Origin: a bacterium | GTDB taxonomy: Bacteria; UBA8248; JACPRG01; G963555815 | NCBI GenBank assembly: GCA_965218795.1 | Contig: OZ244653.1 | Location: 2,048,001 to 2,112,000, forward strand | Reading direction: 5' to 3' | DNA: 64,000 bases | Shown: one piece after another, positions 29,128 through 39,787 of the stretch | Layout: each line of letters opens with the position of its first letter | Numbering within the stretch: the first letter of the stretch is position 1 | Translations under genes and position numbers: made by a program | Notes under the pieces: model-generated | Told to the model about the DNA's origin: nothing | Database searches by the model: none | What the model saw: only the letters and a program-made list of their open reading frames with translations

Positions 29128-30483
29128 ATGGCCCGATCGTTGGCGATCCGCGGAGCGACCATCGTCTCTCTGGACCCACAGGTTGGTGTCATTGAAAAAG
29201 GGCTGCTGGTTCTCGAGGGGGACCGGATCCGGGAAGTCGGTCCGGATACCGGCGGCGGCCCCAATACGGATGAAATCATCGACGGGAATGAGCGCGTCGT
29301 CATCCCGGGCTTCGTCAACGCCCATATGCACGCACGGCCGGCCCGCGCGCTGGGAGACGGTCTTCCGGTCCCCGACTGGCACGTTCGCTATGCCGACGGT
29401 GTGAGCCGCGTGATCGACGAGGAGGATTCCCGGACCGGCGCCCTCCTGGCCTTTGGTGAATGTATTTTGTCCGGCTTTACTTCGGTCATGGCCATGCCCG
29501 TCAAGCCGCAAGGCTGCTTTCGGGGGGCTGTCGACATCGGAATCCGGGCGTGCGTATCGCCGCATGCCTCGGACAATCCGGACTTCGACGGGACCAGCGA
29601 TACCTACGAGGACAACCTTGCGCTGATCCGGCAATGCGGCGCGTCACCGGATGGGCGCGTCCAATCATGGCTTGGATACGACAACCTGTCCGGATCGAGC
29701 GACGACTTCCTTCGAGCGTTGCGAAGGGATGCGGATTCGACCGGGTTGCGACTTCACGGCCACTTGTGCGAGCACAAAGGGGAAGTTGCTTATGGTCTGA
29801 AACGATGGGGAAAACGTCCCCCGCAGGCCCTGGAAGACCTCGGATTCCTGGGCCCCGACTTTCTCGCCGCCCATTGCGTCTGGTTCGAATCGGAAGACGT
29901 CGAAATCTTTGCCCGAACCGGCAGCCACGTCGTCCATAATCCGATCAGCAACCTGAAATTCGCGAACGGAGCATCGCCCGTCCGGGAATTGCTTGACGCC
30001 GGAGTGACCGTCGCCCTGGGGACGGACGGGCTGCTATCGACGTACCGGCTCGACCCTTTCGAGACCATGCGGCAAACCCTGACGCTGCACCGCTTCGTTA
30101 CCGGGGACCCGATGGCCCTTTCCTCCCAGCGGGTTTTGGAGATGGCGACCGTGCAGGGAGCCCGCGCCCTGGGGATTGAAGCCGGACGGATCGCCCCCGG
30201 CCTCAAGGCCGACGTCACGATTCTCGACATGAGACGCCTCCACCTGACGCCGCGCGCACTCGGGGAACACGACAACCTGACCGCCCTGATCGTTTGGTGC
30301 GCATCTACGGGCGACGTCGAGACGGTCATCGTTGACGGGACGGTTGTGGCGCGGGAGGGAAATCTGACGTTGACGGACGCCGAGAAGATTCGCCGGCAGG
30401 CTCAGGAGACCTCGGACCGGGTCCTCGAGAAGCTGGATACGTCAGAGTCCGAGGCCGCCCTTCGGGCCCGCAAGGGAACATGA
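29128..30483 (+). CDS. Amidohydrolase, MtaD/AtzA-like deaminase family
   Basis: NAHMH, HGHLCE, AAHCVW, HNPISNLKFANG, LGTDG. Confidence 0.88.
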   Translation: MARSLAIRGATIVSLDPQVGVIEKGLLVLEGDRIREVGPDTGGGPNTDEIIDGNERVVIPGFVNAHMHARPARALGDGLPVPDWHVRYADGVSRVIDEEDSRTGALLAFGECILSGFTSVMAMPVKPQGCFRGAVDIGIRACVSPHASDNPDFDGTSDTYEDNLALIRQCGASPDGRVQSWLGYDNLSGSSDDFLRALRRDADSTGLRLHGHLCEHKGEVAYGLKRWGKRPPQALEDLGFLGPDFLAAHCVWFESEDVEIFARTGSHVVHNPISNLKFANGASPVRELLDAGVTVALGTDGLLSTYRLDPFETMRQTLTLHRFVTGDPMALSSQRVLEMATVQGARALGIEAGRIAPGLKADVTILDMRRLHLTPRALGEHDNLTALIVWCASTGDVETVIVDGTVVAREGNLTLTDAEKIRRQAQETSDRVLEKLDTSESEAALRARKGT

Positions 30484-30876
30484 TTGGATTTCAGTCGTTG
30501 GCGGGCGAAGCGCGCCATCGCGAAACAAAAGTTTTCCGGGGGGGGTTGGGGCGCCGGCTTTCAAATAAGGTCCCCCAAGATGGTTCGTCGCGGAAGGGGA
30601 AAGAAAGCTCGCGGATAAGGGGTTAGGACATAAGAATCCGGAGCGGTTTCTTCGACGCCATCGACAAAACTCACCAGAGATCTCTTCCAACAATGGCCGC
30701 AACTTCCCGGAACAAGACCAACCACCGGATCAATCAATGAAATCCAAAAATTGTTTGCAAGGGCTGGGGGGCATGGTAGTATGGATACCCATCCGGGAGA
30801 ATTGGGAAAGGCACAAATCTTGGGAAACGAATCCCCTGAACGTTTCATTTTCCCTATCGTGCGTAAGGAGGACAGA

Positions 30877-31890
30877 ATGATGAATTGGCTGAAGAAGGGC
30901 GTTTTTCTCATGGCCGGCGTCTTTCTCCTGTCGGGACCGGCAGCGGCAGCGGACAAACTGAACTTCGTGATGGACTGGGTCATCTACGCGCCCCACTCCT
31001 ACTACATCGCGGCCGATAGATTGGGGTTGTACAAGAAGGCGGGCCTGGATGTAAAAATCCACCGTGGATTCGGCTCCACCGATACGATCAAAAAGGTCGG
31101 AGCGAAACAGGCCGATTACGGACTTGCCGATACGGGCAGTTTAATCGTGGCCCGCACGAGGGGCATCAAAGCGAAAGAGCTCGGCGTCGCGTATGCCAGG
31201 GCACCCTATGAGATAGCATGCCTGAAAAAGAAAGGGATTACAAAGGCGAAGGACATCGAGGGGAAGACGTTGGGAACCAACCAGGGGACCTCGGTCTACA
31301 CCCTCTTCCCCGCATTCGCCAGAGCGGCGGGTGTGGATATGGACAAAGTGAAGTGGTCTTTCATCCAACCGGCCGCGATCATTCCCAGTCTGGTCGCGGG
31401 AAAAATCGACTGCGCATTCGTTTACGCCAACAACCGCCCCATCGCGGTGAATAACGTCAAGAAAGCGGGGGGAGGCGAGGTCACGGTTTTGGCCTATGCC
31501 GATCACGGAGTCGACATTTACGCGAACGGTCTGATCACGCAGGATGAACGGATCGCCGGCAATCCCGATCAGGTCCGCAGGTTTGTAGACGCCAGCTTCC
31601 GGGGAATCGCCTGGGTGGTAGAAAACCCGAAGAAGGGTTTGCAAATAGTCATGGACCATTCCCCTTCGCTGAACTATCAGAACAACAAGGAGGGCTTGAT
31701 CGTGTCTTTTGACCTCCTTCTCACGCCGGATGCCAAGAAGCACGGGATCGGGTATATGACACGAGAGAAAGTCAAAAGAACGCGGGACATCACCTCCAAA
31801 TACATGAAGCTGAAAGATGTGGTCCCGCTCGATGACATTTACACGATGAAGTTCCTCCCGAAGCTCTTCCCCAAGAGGGGCGAGTGGTAA
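30877..31890 (+). CDS. NMT1/THI5-like ABC substrate-binding protein (orphan)
   Basis: Signal peptide; MDW..PHS, RGFGS, IEGKTLG, YANGLI; RBS AAGGAGG. Confidence 0.85.
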   Translation: MMNWLKKGVFLMAGVFLLSGPAAAADKLNFVMDWVIYAPHSYYIAADRLGLYKKAGLDVKIHRGFGSTDTIKKVGAKQADYGLADTGSLIVARTRGIKAKELGVAYARAPYEIACLKKKGITKAKDIEGKTLGTNQGTSVYTLFPAFARAAGVDMDKVKWSFIQPAAIIPSLVAGKIDCAFVYANNRPIAVNNVKKAGGGEVTVLAYADHGVDIYANGLITQDERIAGNPDQVRRFVDASFRGIAWVVENPKKGLQIVMDHSPSLNYQNNKEGLIVSFDLLLTPDAKKHGIGYMTREKVKRTRDITSKYMKLKDVVPLDDIYTMKFLPKLFPKRGEW

Positions 31891-32353
31891 AAGGGAAGTT
31901 TTCACCTTTTCACTCAGGTTGACTTGATCCCGGATCCCGGAGGGCGGGCGCCCTGTCTGCCCTCCGGGTGGTATCACAGTCTTGTCACATCGCCTTCCAC
32001 GAGTTCGAGGTCAGGACGTCCCGGATATCCATCGGGATTTCTTCCCGGGCTCGAACTTCGTTCGGTTCCTTCCAGGAACACCCGTGACGATCGAACCTGC
32101 ATCTTGCCGGGAGGTCCTGCGGAGAGTCCCGCCCCGAATCGATGCGTACGCAAAAATTTGATCCAACCGCTGGCAAATGAGATGAGGCGGATTTCATGAG
32201 GAAACGCTCTTCAGAGGTGAACGGCAGTAGGCGCGCGAACGAAAAGTTATCGGGATGGAAGCGTAAGGGAGTTGGAACACAACGAAGCACCCTCCGGATG
32301 TCTCCATGCACCGGGCCCCTCTGAGACATTCGAAATAGAGAGGAGCATTTCAG

Positions 32354-33763
32354 ATGCCAAAGGACTTGAGGACCTTCATCGACCTGGCGGGGGAAAAGCT
32401 GCCCGAGGACGTGCGCCGCGTCAAGCGGGAAGTCAGCCCGGAGTTCGAGCTCTGCGGCATTCTTCGCGAGCTCCAAAATCACGGCGAATTGCCTATCGTC
32501 ATTTTTGAGAAGGTGAAGGGTTCGGATATCCCCCTTGTCGTCAACCTCATCGCGGACGACTCCAAGCTTGCCCTGGCCCTTGAAGTCACGGAGAGGGAGC
32601 TGCTTTCCACCTACATCAAGCGCGAGGCGAATCCCATCCCGCCGAAGCAGGTGAAGGACGGCCCCGTCCGGGAGCGGGTCTACACCGGTCAGGACGTGGA
32701 CCTCTTCAGCCTGCCCATGACGCTTCAATGCGAGAAGGACGGAGGCTGTTTCCTCACGGCCGGCGTGACCATCGTGAAAGACCCGGAGACCGGAGCCTTC
32801 AATTCCGGCATCTACCGCCAGATGCGTCATGAGCGGAACCTTCTCGGGATGAGTTTTGAGCCGCAATCCCACATCGGATACAGCTACCGAAAGATGGAAA
32901 GGGAGGGGAAAGGTCTTCCCGCCGTGACTTACCTCGGCCACCACCCGGCCACCCTCCTGGGGAGTCAATCGAAGCTGCCCTTCGGCGGGGACGAAATGTC
33001 CGTCATGGGCGGGTTGATGGAAGAGCCGCTCGAGCTGGTTCCGTGTGAGACCCAAGACCTCATGGTCCCGGCGTATGCGGAGATTGCGATCGAGGGCGTC
33101 ATCCGGCCGCACGAGCGGAGGTGGGAGGGACCCTTTGGCGAGTACACTTGGTACTACGGGTTCGCCCGGAACAGCCCCGTCTTTGAAGTGACGGCGATCA
33201 CCCACCGGGAGAACCCTTACTACCAGGACCTGTTCAGCGTGTTTCCCGAGCACCTGTTGGCGGGTCGGGTCGGACGCGAGGCCGTCCTCTTTCAGAAGGT
33301 CCGCGCCAGCTGCCCCTCCGTCATCGATGTTTCACTGCCCGTTTCCGGCGTGTGCCGCTTGACGGCCTATGTTCAGATCGACAAGCAGTTCGACGGGGAG
33401 GCGAAAATGGCCGCCCTGGCGGCGCTGGCGTCGGATGCCTTTGTCAAGCTGGTGGTCGTAGTGGATAAGGACGTCGACGTTCACAACGAAAAGGACGTCA
33501 TGTGGGCGGTTGCCACCCGGACGCAGCCGGATCAGGATACCTTCTTTGTGCCCAACTCAGTCGGTTCGCGTCTCGATCCGTCGGGGTACTCGGTGTGGAA
33601 CCGAAACGAACGGAACGGCATGAACACCAAATGGGCGATTGACGCGACCACGCCCATCGAGGCCCCCTTCGAGGAGGTGGCCGATGTGCCCGAAGAGGTC
33701 TTGAACCGGATCAATCTGAAAGATTACTTCGACGATTGGAAGGAGGCTTCGACACATGGCTGA
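32354..33763 (+). CDS. UbiD-family prenyl-FMN-dependent (de)carboxylase
   Basis: GIYR, VPAYAEIAIEG, EGPFGEYT, VDKDVD..VMWAVATR, IDAT. Confidence 0.92.
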   Translation: MPKDLRTFIDLAGEKLPEDVRRVKREVSPEFELCGILRELQNHGELPIVIFEKVKGSDIPLVVNLIADDSKLALALEVTERELLSTYIKREANPIPPKQVKDGPVRERVYTGQDVDLFSLPMTLQCEKDGGCFLTAGVTIVKDPETGAFNSGIYRQMRHERNLLGMSFEPQSHIGYSYRKMEREGKGLPAVTYLGHHPATLLGSQSKLPFGGDEMSVMGGLMEEPLELVPCETQDLMVPAYAEIAIEGVIRPHERRWEGPFGEYTWYYGFARNSPVFEVTAITHRENPYYQDLFSVFPEHLLAGRVGREAVLFQKVRASCPSVIDVSLPVSGVCRLTAYVQIDKQFDGEAKMAALAALASDAFVKLVVVVDKDVDVHNEKDVMWAVATRTQPDQDTFFVPNSVGSRLDPSGYSVWNRNERNGMNTKWAIDATTPIEAPFEEVADVPEEVLNRINLKDYFDDWKEASTHG

Positions 33764-34139
33764 TTCGAATCAATCACCTGAAATCGCGGAGCTTCGGCAG
33801 TCATTGGCCGTTCTCCACCTGGATCTACTGGTCCACAAGGGCTTTTCAGGGAGCGCCCGATGGAGGGCCGAACGGGGTGTGGACGTGGCATTGGAGGAAT
33901 TCAACGCGGCGGGAAGGGTGCTTGCGGACACGGGGTGGTCGGAAGATGCGCGACCAGCGGCGGAAAACGCACAAGAGGCCCTCCGCGGTTATCAAAACGC
34001 AATATCGGCCTTTGACAGCACGAGGGAGAACCTCTACCGAACCCTGCTGAGCGATTCCATCTGGGGACTCAAGGCCGCCATCTTTGGATGGGAGTACGAA
34101 CAGCAGGTCCACGTGAAGGAAGGAAAATCCTGGATGTGA
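33756..34139 (+). CDS. Small helical hypothetical protein coupled to UbiD
   Basis: AAGGAGG RBS, start overlaps the ubiD stop; 127 aa, no family recognised. Confidence 0.6.
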   Translation: MADSNQSPEIAELRQSLAVLHLDLLVHKGFSGSARWRAERGVDVALEEFNAAGRVLADTGWSEDARPAAENAQEALRGYQNAISAFDSTRENLYRTLLSDSIWGLKAAIFGWEYEQQVHVKEGKSWM

Positions 34140-34373
34140 AGGACAGGCCGCGGCCTGCGCTCGCAATGCGCAAGTCAGCCGCGTGCTTCCCCCCGCCCTC
34201 CAGGAGCCGCTCTAAATGATACAAATATGACCGACATATCGGCCTGCGGGTAGATGGCGGCGTCGGTGACAACGTGACCGGATTCGGCCTCGCGGCGTGA
34301 GCATCCGAAACGAACCAGGCACAGTTGACTCCTTCCCCATCTCCCTTGCCGGTCCGGGACCGCTCCCGTCTCC

Positions 34374-34841
34374 TCAAATCCCCCCGGGGCGCGGAGGGTC
34401 CGCGGCTGTCGAAATGTGCAGATGGACGCATCGCCAGTCGCCCTTCTCCCGGACGTAAACCTCCGTCGACCGGGTTTTCCACACGTCGCCCGTGAAACTC
34501 GCAGCCTCCCCTTCGCCCGTCCAATCCACTTGGCAAGTCCGCTCGCACGTGAGAAGGGCCATGTCCCCTCCCCCCGTCAGCCGCTCATCGGTAGACCGCC
34601 AGGGCTCGGCGGCCTTCACTTGGTCACGGTAAAAATCCCAGAGCTTCGTCCAATGCTCGATACCATAGTACGTATACCCGTTGCCGTTGAAAAAGACACA
34701 GCCGGGATTCTCGCTCCAAATCTTGCGTAGAGCTTCCGTGTCCAATGTGAGGTTCGAATCGAGATACTGCTGGTGAAGCTCCAAAATCCGTTTCCGGTCC
34801 GCTTCGCTGCCTGAAAACCCGATTGCGCCTTTCTCGTTCAT
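34374..34841 (-). CDS. NTF2/SnoaL-like (DUF4440/YybH) protein
   Basis: DTEALRKIWS..FFNGNG..RSTEVYVREKGDWRCVHLHIS. Confidence 0.78.
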   Translation of the reverse strand: MNEKGAIGFSGSEADRKRILELHQQYLDSNLTLDTEALRKIWSENPGCVFFNGNGYTYYGIEHWTKLWDFYRDQVKAAEPWRSTDERLTGGGDMALLTCERTCQVDWTGEGEAASFTGDVWKTRSTEVYVREKGDWRCVHLHISTAADPPRPGGI

Positions 34842-35177
34842 GGTCGTTCTCCCCAGGGTGCATTTTCGGTTCCCGCATGTGTCATTGTCTTATCAAGCGC
34901 GGGTTGCCGGTCAAACATGGGTAACGAGACGGTGAGATGGAGGGCGACATCAGCACTCTGTACTGCAACCGGGGCCTTTCCTTCCGCTTCCTCCAGGACC
35001 TCGGCCAGCCTCCAAGCGCGGCGCTTTTCACTGAGAATCCTCCAAGGTCCGTTGCTCTATATTTCGCAGCCCCATCCCTCTTGAGGACAGTAGGGTGCAT
35101 ACCGCCCGCTGGATGTGCCATACTGATGGAGCCTCCCCCGGCAGCGTGTCACCTCAGAATAGGTTCAGACGCAGCGG

Positions 35178-38100
35178 ATGCGATTCCACGCCGATCTCCA
35201 CGTTCATTCGAAATATTCCCGGGCGACCAGCAAGCAATGCGACCTGGAGAATTACGCCTTCTGGGCCCGGAAAAAGGGCATCGCCGTCGTTGCGACGGGG
35301 GACTTCACCCACCCGGTATGGCTGGCCGATCTGAAACAAAAACTCCGGCCCGCAGAGCCCGGTTTGTTCCGCCTGCATCCGGACATCGAAGAAGATGTGG
35401 CCGCCCGGCTGCCGGCGGCATGCAGCGGCGCAACGCGGTTCATGCTGTCGGTCGAGATCTCGACCATCTACAAGAAGGGCGACCTGACCCGCAAGGTCCA
35501 TCACCTGATCTATGCCCCGGACTTTGACGCGGCCGATGAAATCTCCGGGCGACTGGCCCGGATCGGCAACATCGAATCCGACGGACGTCCGATTCTGGGC
35601 CTCGATTCCCGCGATCTGCTCGAAATCACGTTGGAGTCGTGCGCCGGCGCCTATCTCGTTCCCGCCCATATCTGGACCCCCTGGTTTTCGACGCTGGGTT
35701 CGCGCTCCGGCTTCGACTCCATCGGCGAATGTTACGGCGACCTCGCCGACCACATCTTTGCCGTCGAGACCGGGCTTTCGTCCGATCCGCCGATGAACTG
35801 GCGCGTCTCTTTCCTCGACCGTTACCGGATGGTGTCCAATTCCGATGCCCATTCCCCCGCCAAGCTGGCCCGCGAGGCCGTCCTCTTCGACACCGAACCC
35901 GATTACTTCGCCATCCGCAAAGCCCTGGAAACCGGAGAGGGCTACGGGGGCACGGTCGAATTCTTCCCGGAAGAGGGCAAGTACCACATGGACGGCCATC
36001 GCAAATGCAGCGTCCGCCTCTCGCCCGAGGAGACCCTGGAACATGACGGCCGATGTCCGGCTTGCGGCCAGGCTGTCACCGTGGGCGTCATGCACAGGGT
36101 CGATGTCCTTGCCGATCGCGCGGAAGCGGAAACCGTACCGCCCGCCACCGCCGGCGGGGTATCGAACCTCGTCCCCCTGCCGGAAATCCTTTCCGAGATT
36201 TTGGGAACCGGACCCGCCAGCAAGAAGGTCGGGCGGAGCTACGAGCAACTGGTTGCCTCCCTGGGTTCGGAACTTTCCATACTGGAAACCGTGCCCATCG
36301 AGGACATCCGGCGAGCGGACTCCCCGGTGCTTGCCGAGGCCATCCTGCGGCTTCGCGCCGGGGAGGTCATCCGGGAGTCCGGGTACGACGGTGAATACGG
36401 TGTGATCCGGCTTTTTGAAAAGGACGAGCTGCGGCGCCGCACGGGTGGGGGGCTCCTGTTCGACCTCCCGGCTTCGGAGACCGAAAAACCGGCTCTCGAA
36501 ATCTCGAAAAACACCTTACGCCCGAAGCCGCCGCCGCCTGTAACGGAAGAAAAGACAACCGGCATTCAGCGAAGCCAATCCAATGGCCGGAGGAAATCGC
36601 CCACCCCGGCCGCATCCGGCATCCTCGCCGATCTGGATGAGGAACAACGGGCGGCGGCGGAAATCGTGAAAGGCCCGCTGATGATCGTTGCGGGTCCCGG
36701 CTCGGGCAAGACCCGGACGCTCACGTACCGGATGGCCCACCTGCTGATGAAGCACGGCGTTCCGAAAGATCGGTGTCTCGCCATCACGTTCACTCGTCGC
36801 GCCGCGTCCGAGATGAAGGAACGCCTCGCTTCACTTTTCCCGAAAGATTCGCAACTTATCCCCGTCCACACCTTTCACTCCCTGGGATGCTCAATTCTCC
36901 GGGAGCGCCCTGAGGCCGCCGGTCTTCAATCCGGATTCTACATTGCGGATGAAAACGGGCGCGCAGCCCTGCTCAAGGATTCGCTTGGATTTTCCCTGAG
37001 AAAGGCCCGCGTCTTATTGCGCGCGATCTCTCAGGGAAAGCGCACTGAACGCCGACCGGAGGGTGAGGCCGCCGAGATTCTGGAGGCGTATCAGAGAGCG
37101 ATGGAAATCCGCAATTGGGTGGATTTCGACGATCTCGTGGGACTTCCTCTCCGGATACTTGAGTCGGATCCGGACCTGGCCGCGTCCTACTGCGAGCGGT
37201 ATCCGTGGATCTCGGTTGACGAGTTCCAGGACGTGGACCCGCAGCAGTACCGCTTCGTCAAGCTCCTGTCCCCCGCGAACGACGCCAACCTTTGCGTCAT
37301 CGGCGACGCCAATCAGGCCATTTACGGATTCAGGGGCGCGGACGTATCCTGCTTCCACCGGTTCGAGACGGATTATCCGAAGGCGTCGGTGGTTCGGCTC
37401 AAGTGCAATTACCGTTCAAGCGGGACGATTGTTCAGGCCTCGAGCCAGGTCATCGCGCCATCCACAGACGACCCTGAGGTTGCGCGGGTCGTTCGCGACA
37501 TGCGCGAGCGAATCACGATCCACACCGCCCGGACCGATCGGGCCGAAGCCGAATTCGTGGTGCATACGATTGAGCGGATCATCGGGGGCCACAGTTTCTA
37601 CTCGATCGATACCGGCCGTGCGGCGAACGGGGGGCAAGCCGACCTATCGTTTTCCGACTTTGCCGTTCTTTACCGGACCGATGCCCAAGCGTCCGTCTTA
37701 TGCGAAGCCTTGTCACGTTCCGGCATGCCCTTTCAGAAACACTCCCACGAACGACTCTCCGATCAGCCCGGCGTCCAGGCGATTGTCCAGAAACTCCATC
37801 AACATGCCGAGGGTTCATCGCTTCGCCTCCGGCTGAAAGCGGCAGCCGAACAACTCTTGAGCGAGACCGAGACCAATGAAGGGACTGGTTTACGGGCGGC
37901 GCTTCAGCAACTCACCGCGCTGGCGGAGAGCTGCGGCGATGATCCCGGCCGCTTTGCCGAGGCCCTCCTCCTCGCGACCGAAGCGGACGGATGGGATTCG
38001 AGGGCCGATCGGGTCTCTCTTCTGACCCTTCACGCCGCAAAAGGGCTGGAGTTCCCCGTCGTGTTTATCGTGGGTCTCGAAGACGGACTCCTTCCGCTCC

Positions 38101-38339
38101 ATTGGGGCGATGCCGACGACACGGCGGTCGAAGAGGAGCGGCGCCTGTTGTACGTGGGAATGACGCGGGCCGAGGATCGCCTTTTTTTGAGCCGGGCGGT
38201 GAAGCGCCACTGGCGCGGCGGTCTGCGAACGTTCGGCCCCTCCCCTTACCTGAGCGACATCGAGAACACCCTCCTGGAACAAAACCGTGTGGAGGCCCCC
38301 AAAAAGAAGCAGGCGAATCACCAACTCGCACTGCTGTAG
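35178..38339 (+). CDS. Endonuclease Q-like PHP domain fused to a UvrD/PcrA SF1A helicase
   Basis: ADLHVHSKYSRATS, TGDFTHP, PAHIWTPW, ETGLSSD, SNSDAHS, GKYH..HRKC..CPAC; then AGPGSGKT, DEFQD, GDANQAIYGFRG, NYRS, HAAKGLEF, EERRLLYVGMTRA. Confidence 0.9.
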   Translation: MRFHADLHVHSKYSRATSKQCDLENYAFWARKKGIAVVATGDFTHPVWLADLKQKLRPAEPGLFRLHPDIEEDVAARLPAACSGATRFMLSVEISTIYKKGDLTRKVHHLIYAPDFDAADEISGRLARIGNIESDGRPILGLDSRDLLEITLESCAGAYLVPAHIWTPWFSTLGSRSGFDSIGECYGDLADHIFAVETGLSSDPPMNWRVSFLDRYRMVSNSDAHSPAKLAREAVLFDTEPDYFAIRKALETGEGYGGTVEFFPEEGKYHMDGHRKCSVRLSPEETLEHDGRCPACGQAVTVGVMHRVDVLADRAEAETVPPATAGGVSNLVPLPEILSEILGTGPASKKVGRSYEQLVASLGSELSILETVPIEDIRRADSPVLAEAILRLRAGEVIRESGYDGEYGVIRLFEKDELRRRTGGGLLFDLPASETEKPALEISKNTLRPKPPPPVTEEKTTGIQRSQSNGRRKSPTPAASGILADLDEEQRAAAEIVKGPLMIVAGPGSGKTRTLTYRMAHLLMKHGVPKDRCLAITFTRRAASEMKERLASLFPKDSQLIPVHTFHSLGCSILRERPEAAGLQSGFYIADENGRAALLKDSLGFSLRKARVLLRAISQGKRTERRPEGEAAEILEAYQRAMEIRNWVDFDDLVGLPLRILESDPDLAASYCERYPWISVDEFQDVDPQQYRFVKLLSPANDANLCVIGDANQAIYGFRGADVSCFHRFETDYPKASVVRLKCNYRSSGTIVQASSQVIAPSTDDPEVARVVRDMRERITIHTARTDRAEAEFVVHTIERIIGGHSFYSIDTGRAANGGQADLSFSDFAVLYRTDAQASVLCEALSRSGMPFQKHSHERLSDQPGVQAIVQKLHQHAEGSSLRLRLKAAAEQLLSETETNEGTGLRAALQQLTALAESCGDDPGRFAEALLLATEADGWDSRADRVSLLTLHAAKGLEFPVVFIVGLEDGLLPLHWGDADDTAVEEERRLLYVGMTRAEDRLFLSRAVKRHWRGGLRTFGPSPYLSDIENTLLEQNRVEAPKKKQANHQLALL

Positions 38340-38410
38340 GGTTGACCGAGAAGGCATTGCCTGTCTTGCCCGGTTGAGGCCGGCCCCGAACTGAAAACTC
38401 AGGAGGCGGC

Positions 38411-39517
38411 ATGACTGATTTTTTTCCAAACCATCCAGAGTGGGATGTTCAGGTTCAACGCCTCCTGGCACAGGTCCCTTATGGCGGCGCCGATACATTC
38501 GACTGCCTGCGCGCCGTGGAGCGTATCGCGCCGGGCGATCCGGAAAGCTGGCAGGAAGAATGGCAGCGACTCGGCGAGAAGGTGGAAGGGCGCGCAAGAG
38601 AAGCCGCCGCGAAGGGCGCCGAAGCAGCGACCATGCGCCATTTTTTCCACGCCGGGTCGTATTATCGCCAGTCAGACTTCTTCCTGGCGGGCCAAGACGC
38701 GCGCAAGCGGGAATTGTTTCTGAAAGCGAACGCGTGCTTCCAGGAGGGCGCCAAGCGGTATCACCCGCCCATTGAATCCATCGAGGTACAGTGCGGACCG
38801 GAGACCTACGCCGGTTATTTCTACGCTCCCCGCAGGTTCAACGAGGAGCCGATGCCGGGGGTACTCATGCTCGGCGGCGCGGATTCGCTGGCCGAGGAGC
38901 TTTTCTTTCTGACCGGTCCCGAGCTTGCTCTCCGCGGAACGGCGCTGTTGCTTGTCGATACTCCAGGCCGAGGCTCGTCTCTCCGTGTCAAGAACATTCA
39001 CACCCGCCCCGAGTACGAAGCGCCGGTGAGTGCGGCCATCGATTACCTGGTCGCGCGCGACGAAATCGACGCTAACCGAATCGGCCTCATGGGAATCAGC
39101 ATGGGGGGCTACTACGCGCCGCGGGCGGCAGCCTTCGAGAGACGGGTCAAAGCGTTGGCCTGCTGGTGCGCCTGTTTCGATCTGCTCGCCGACCTGTATG
39201 TTTTCTACCCGCCCATTCGCGGTCAGATGCAGTGGATCCTTGGTGCAGCCAATGATGCGGATGCGCGACGGAAGCTCTCGGCCTTCCATCTCCGCGACGT
39301 GGCCGAACGCATTATCTGCCCCACCTTAATCTCCCATGCGGCCGGTGACACGCTGATGGACGTCCAGGGCGCCGTCCGGCTCTACGAGGCGATCTCGAGT
39401 CGGGATAAGGAGCTCAAGATATGGGAGACCGACGCCGAAGGCGCGGTGCACTGCAATTGGGACAACCTCGCCGTCGTCCTCCCTTATATGCTCGACTGGC
39501 TCGTCGAGCGGTTGTAG
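38411..39517 (+). CDS. Alpha/beta hydrolase, 2,6-dihydroxypseudooxynicotine hydrolase/FrsA-like
   Basis: GGADSLAEE, DTPGRG, GISMGGYYAPRAAAFE, HCNWDN. Confidence 0.85.
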   Translation: MTDFFPNHPEWDVQVQRLLAQVPYGGADTFDCLRAVERIAPGDPESWQEEWQRLGEKVEGRAREAAAKGAEAATMRHFFHAGSYYRQSDFFLAGQDARKRELFLKANACFQEGAKRYHPPIESIEVQCGPETYAGYFYAPRRFNEEPMPGVLMLGGADSLAEELFFLTGPELALRGTALLLVDTPGRGSSLRVKNIHTRPEYEAPVSAAIDYLVARDEIDANRIGLMGISMGGYYAPRAAAFERRVKALACWCACFDLLADLYVFYPPIRGQMQWILGAANDADARRKLSAFHLRDVAERIICPTLISHAAGDTLMDVQGAVRLYEAISSRDKELKIWETDAEGAVHCNWDNLAVVLPYMLDWLVERL

Positions 39518-39523
39518 GCTGGT

Positions 39524-39741
39524 TCAGATGCTTTCGAAAACCATCTGGGTCTGCTCCGCCATATCTTCGGGGATGCCTTCGAATTCCTCTGGGTATGGGG
39601 GTTGGAATGGTACACCGGAGCGGTCGTGCACCTGGCAATAAAAAGGATCCTGTCCTTGCTGACTTTAAGTCCGGACGCGTAGGGCATCCAAACATCCTTC
39701 CGCGCGTCCTTGGGATGGATAAACGCAACATCCCTCGCCAC
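39524..39741 (-). pseudogene. RidA/YjgF family fragment (frameshifted, truncated)
   Basis: MPYASGLKV..LFIARCTTAPVYHSNPH then, in another frame, PEEFEGIPEDMAEQTQMVFESI*. Confidence 0.6.
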
Positions 39742-39787
39742 TGGCCCCCATCTCCCTTTTCCCTAATGTAATCCGTCGATCGCCGGA

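Noticed and set aside
34937-35010. TPR-like fragment MEGDISTLYCNRG
   Set aside because: Too short, and the ORF runs out of frame into the EndoQ-UvrD gene
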